From positions 156,150 to 220,149 of the forward strand of contig RHPI01002112.1 of assembly GCA_009103225.1 (NCBI GenBank): a stretch of DNA of 64,000 bases, in the 5' to 3' direction. This DNA comes from Chlorokybus atmophyticus (lineage: Eukaryota; Plantae; Mesostigma and Chlorokybus algae). The translations under genes and the position numbers were made by a program. This document shows, piece after piece, positions 59,096-64,000 of the stretch; position 1 is the first letter of the stretch; each line of letters begins with the position of its first letter. The notes under the pieces are model-generated. The model was not told the origin of the DNA. It saw nothing but the letters and a program-made list of their open reading frames with translations, and did no database searches.

Positions 59096-61757
59096 TCAGC
59101 TCGACTTGCCAGCATTGCTATCGTGCGCAGCTGGTGCTGATGTCACCTTGGCGACAGGCGCAGGCTCTGTATTTGCTTTACTACCCCCATTGCTGTCTGC
59201 GCGCTTGTCCGCCACTTTGTCTTTCTCTACCTTATCACGAATGCGTCTATCTTTGTCCTTGTCTTTTTCCTTATCCTTGTCCTTGTTCTTGACTCTGCTC
59301 TCGCTTTTGTCTTTACCTTTGTCTCTGTCTCGCTCCCGGCCACGGTCTTTGCCTCTGTCTTTGCCTCTGTCTCTGTCCCGATCTCGATCCTTGTCCTTGC
59401 CTTTGTCCTTGTCCTTATCTCTGTCACCGCCGTCTCTGCTCCTGCTTCGGCTGCGCTCTCTGCTCTTACGCTTGCGGCGATCACGCTCGCGTGAGCGGCT
59501 TCTATCCCGATCTTTGTCTCTATCTCGGTGCCTGGAATCGGTCCTGTCTCTTGATCTTGACCTCGCCCTGCTTCTTCCAGAAACACCTAGTAACAATGGG
59601 TCCACATTATCCATTACTCACCTACAACAGACCATCACACCCATGCCAAAACTGCAAAAGCATAGTGTTGCATTGATGCAAGAAAGTCACATCAGTCAGA
59701 GCATAACACCATTAAATGCGTTGGCTTTGCGGTCTGCTTATGTTGTGACCAAGCAGGCAATCAACATCAGACCACATACCTGGATACACGCCACCCAACT
59801 GGCCGTAGCCAAATCCACTGCCCCAAGCTCCCAGGCCCCACTGGTAAGCCGCTGCTCCACTGAACACGGAGGGTGAAGCCGTGGCACCCATGGCATACGC
59901 TGCCGGATGTACGCTCAATGCAGCACCAACTGTCGAGGGTGTCACTACACGCGGAAAATTGCACCGGTTGCAAGCCATACGTCTCGCGAAGTTTAAATTG
60001 CCACAACTGTGGAAGCAACACGCGCGTCAGCTAACCATCAACCTTAACAGACGACATCAGCACCACATCAGCACCAGATGGCAACGTACTCGGAACATAA
60101 CCAGTCTCCCTCGCGCGGCTGCACATTGGGATTATTTGCCGCGAACACACCACCGCTGGGTGAATGATCTCCACGGCGCTCGCGGTCACGGTCACTGTCG
60201 TGGCGTGGGGAGTGGGCCTCCTGATCGGATCGTGATCTGAAGACACGAAATGTGCATGACTATTCTGCCCAACCATTGCTCACGCAGACAACATTGACTC
60301 ACGGGTTGAGCAATGCCAACAATGTCTGTGTTCAAAAGACACTACTGTGAGAATGGTAGTTACTGGGTAGCCCGAACAGCAAGTCAGGCTGCAATAAAGA
60401 CACAGCCAGCTGCTAAAGTACCTTGACTTGTCTCTGCCTGAGCGACGCCGGCTGCCGCCCATGGATGTGCTGGAGGGTGGCACATCCTCGCGCAGCAGGC
60501 GCTCGGGTGCTATCGACACCTCCAACCTGCTACCTTCATACTCGCAGCCTGCCATACGCGTTTCACAATTACACTCCACATGATATCCCGATACACTGCA
60601 TGAGAAATAATAGGGATGCAAGCATACATGCCACATACTGTGTTAAACACGCACCATTAAACCAACTGACCACTGCAGCTGCAAGGTGCGCATTCTCAAA
60701 TGTCACAGCGGCTTCTCGTCGTTGCCGAGCCTTGTCGAAATACACATCTACTGAAGGCTCGCCAGTACGCACATTGATCTGCACATCACAATGTTAACAG
60801 CCGACCACCGCTGGCATATGCACACCGCACTGCATGCTGAAGAAGCGAACGCATCCTTGGGAAGACGCACCTTGACAGGAACAACTTCCTGTACGGTGCT
60901 TGCTAGCTCATCAGCTGTGACGCTCTCAGGCAAGTTGGACACATACACAGTAGTAGCGCGTTCTGCAAGGACGCAAAGTTGATGAGCCTGAGTTGTACAG
61001 AGCTGTCGACACAGGAAATGCTAGTGATAGCTAGTGAGGTGCTTACGGTCGTTGAGCTCAGAGGCATCTGGATTGGCTGCGCCACTCGCCTTCTCCTCGT
61101 CACGTCGACTGGAGCCACACAGTAGGTGATGTCAATGGCACCGCACTGGCGCAAACGTGCACATACCCAATCCACTCCATGCGTGAAGTTAGTTTTTTAC
61201 GCTGCAAGCACACAGTGGTAGCGACTGGCTGTGTATTCACCAACTTGCATCTACTGGCTTATGCTTGTAACAAGCATGCAAAGCCGCTACATTAACGTTC
61301 TATCGACCACATGTGCAAAGGCCAGATCAGCAGGGCATGCGACTTGTTCCTCATCAAAACCTATCGTCCGGTCTGTTCCAACGCCAGCAATCAGTGCAGC
61401 GCATGGTACGACAGACATGTGATTATGACCCAATCTGGGGTCAGACACATGTGCAGTATACTTATGCAATCATGTCTAGTTTTGACAATAATAGCTTGCA
61501 TTCACAGCAGAGATAGCATATGACCATGCCTGTACGCATTGTGCACAGAGCAAAAGTACTATGATACACGACGCTGGGGAAATGCTACGCCTATTCAGTA
61601 CGACAGTTGTCATACACGCCCACCTTGCTCCTCTGCTGCTGGTGCGGCGAGGCAGCTCCCGCCTGCTGCGCCCCCGGTTGGGGCTCTCCCGCTCACCCTC
61701 CTCCACGCTCCCAGCACGGTCTGCAGCAGCCTTTCCCTCTCCGTCTCCTCTAGGCAT
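59096..61757 (-). CDS. TAF15: TAF15/FUS/EWS-like RNA-binding protein (RRM + RanBP2 zinc finger) with long RS/RD-rich tail
   Basis: TVYVSNLPESVT (RNP2); INVRTGEPSVDVYFDK..EAAVTFENAHLAAAVVSWFNG (FET-type RRM); NPNVQPREGDWLC..CGNLNFARRMACNRC (RanBP2 finger); RSRSRDRDKDRDR repeats. Confidence 0.75.
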
Positions 61758-62256
61758 CCCCAGCTATGGAGGGGAACACCACCCCGACCACCAACACCGC
61801 CGCGCTCGCCGTCGCCACTCACGCCGCCAACGCCTTCGCCAAGCTGCGGCACCTGCATGCTCCTCCAAGCAGTTAACCCTAACTCCCGCCCGACGTCATC
61901 TGAACTGGGAACCCGTAACGAAACATCAAACTCTAGTTTGATTGACGACTAGAACAGGCAGCTTCACTCTGTTAGCGACAGTTGAGCTAAGTTATGAGAA
62001 TCGGCAAGCTCAGGCGTAAAAGTTACGGTAAACCAGCCTACTCTGGTTGGATTCAGCACAGTGACCAAACCCTAAACCAAGGAGTGGCACTGTCGCTACG
62101 GGCGTTGGTGTTGTGGGCGGTGGCGACGGCAGTGTTGCGGAACACGGCGGAGCAGAGCGCCAGCTTTTCAAGTGGCGCCTGCTGCGTTTGAATAACAGTG
62201 CGGTGAATTAGGCTTCTGTGAGGGTTGCGGAGGGAGCTTGAAGCAAGTTTGCCGCC

Positions 62257-64000
62257 ATGGGGGATAGCCAGTACTCCTTCTCGCTCACCACCTTCAGGTC
62301 CGTTTGCATCAAAATTCGCGGATTCTAAGCATTGTGTTGTGCATGCAAGCAGTGTTGGATCTATTTGACGTTGTAAGGGCTTGGGTGCTGTGCCCGCCAT
62401 GCCCATGAAGCAACGGCGTTAGTCTACATCATGTTGCGTTTGTATTGCTGCTGCTGACATCAATGGAAGTTGTAATGCACTTGTAACGCACATAGCACTT
62501 GTGTACTCTCTTGAACTTGAAGAGGAAAATTTTCTTAAGTTGCACAATTGCCAAATAGCAGGCACAACTGCTGGCTATGCTTTGTGTGGCATCACTGTTG
62601 TCGTTGATTGTCAAAGTTTATGCTAGCAAGTAGGAGGTATTGGCCGACGTGCGATCGTTGCGGTCTCCAGGTCGTAAATGCTTATAGCAACCATGTCCAC
62701 CGGCATCCCTGCAGTGACGTTGCTGGTTGTTAGTTATGGAGCAGGGTGCAGTAGTGACAATTTGACGAACACATGCTGCTGTTGAAACCTATACATGTTG
62801 TTGCGTTTGGTGCATGTTCGTGCGTGTGCATGGTATGGAGCATGGTGCAGGTGATAAGTCCATGAACACATGCTGCTGTTGTGACCCATTTAGTATGTTG
62901 CATTTGGTGCATAGTCGTGCGTGCGCACAAGTGCCCGCGGCATCCCGTGTTTGTCCCAGTTGTTGTGCACGCCCTTAATCTCTGATGTGTCATGACAGTC
63001 CATCTGGAAAGTTGGGGCAGATCGAGTATGCGCTCAACGCAGTTGCGGCCGGACCCACGTCATTGGGCATCAAAGGTATATTGCATCAGTGTTTCTGCAC
63101 CCAGTCCTTGTGCCAACCGACTCAGTTGTTACGGTATGACTGCAACGCGTCTCTATGTTGCAGCAACCAACGGAGTCGTGATTGCTACAGAAAAGAAGCT
63201 GCCGTCTATCCTTGTTGACGAGAACACGGTATAGCTGATAAATACCTAGCAAACATGATATTCTTACGCCACAACAAAACATTAGTTGGTGCATGTCGTG
63301 TCAGGCAACACCAGTCGCTTTTTCCTCTGGTTCTTTTGACACATACTGTTGCTTCTTGCAGGTGAAAAAGATATCGCGTATTACAGAGAACATTGGCGTT
63401 GTGTACAGGTACTGCAGTTAGACAAGCCAAGTTGTACGCATGCCTGGGCTTGTAGATGACATGGGCTTTGGTCAGTGATGGGTAGTGGTGTGACTGTGAA
63501 TTATGTGTGATTGTGCAGTGGTATGGGCCCAGATTCAAGAGTTCTTGTCAGAAAAGCCAGGAAAACAGCGCAGCAGTATTTCCGGTTGTACCAGGTAGGT
63601 TGGATAGGTGGCACTGTCCCCTCCCCCCCCCCCCCCCCCNNNNNNNNNNNNNNNNNNNNNNNNNNNNNNNNNNNNNNNNNNNNNNNNNNNNNNNNNNNNN
63701 NNNNNNNNNNNNNNNNNNNNNNNNNNNNNNNNNNNNNNNNNNNNNNNNNNNNNNNNNNNNNNNNNNNNNNNNNNNNNNNNNNNNNNNNNNNNNNNNNNNN
63801 NNNNNNNNNNNNNNNNNNNNNNNNNNNNNNNNNNNNNNNNNNNNNNNNNNNNNNNNNNNNNNNNNNNNNNNNNNNNNNNNNNNNNNNNNNNNNNNCCTCC
63901 CCCCTTAAACCCTGTGATGTTGCGCTGGAGTTTTTAACCTATCTGTGGTCTTATCTCAGGAAGTAATGCCCATTGCACAACTTGTGCGAGAGATTGCCGC
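62257..64000 (+). CDS. PSMA2: 20S proteasome subunit alpha type-2, 5' part (runs off the window)
   Basis: MGDSQYSFSLTTFS/PSGKLGQIEYALNAVAAGPTSLGIK/ATNGVVIATEKKLPSILVDE/../GMGPDSRVLVRKARKTAQQYFRLYQ/EVMPIAQLVREIA. Telo-box AAACCCTAAA at ~62068. Confidence 0.96.

Noticed and set aside
59106-59876. 256-aa plus-strand LSLSLS-rich ORF
   Set aside because: Antisense reading of the RS/RD repeat exon of the TAF15-like gene.

Overview
Intron-dense nuclear DNA from a green-lineage eukaryote, probably an alga. This is inferred from a nuclear-encoded plastid sigma factor, a plant-type NASP, an SVR1-like pseudouridine synthase and telo-boxes. All genes were assembled by hand from splice signals, so exon borders are approximate. 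Host genes, in order: asparaginyl-tRNA synthetase (5'-truncated), JTB-like membrane protein, sigma-70 factor, FYRN/FYRC protein, eIF3a, NASP, RsuA/RluB pseudouridine synthase, TAF15/FUS-like RRM-RanBP2 protein, proteasome alpha-2 (3'-truncated). Between about 30 and 57 kb lies a tandem duplication of a head-to-head pair: a vicilin/germin-like bicupin and the pseudouridine synthase. The decayed pseudouridine synthase copy is split by a ~15.2 kb element (32304-47545) with short CGTCGCAAAT-type terminal inverted repeats. This element encodes a spliced Plavaka-like transposase plus chromatin/ubiquitin cargo: a prokaryote/virus-type DNA cytosine-5 methyltransferase preceded by a Tudor-like segment, Ulp1-like and OTU-like proteases, RING and other zinc fingers, and two orphan genes. 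A 1.6 kb non-autonomous relative with the same two ends sits inverted in a bicupin intron (51185-52813). This copy of the large element is mutated (stops and frameshifts). The methyltransferase-carrying DNA transposon family is the most interesting system in the window.
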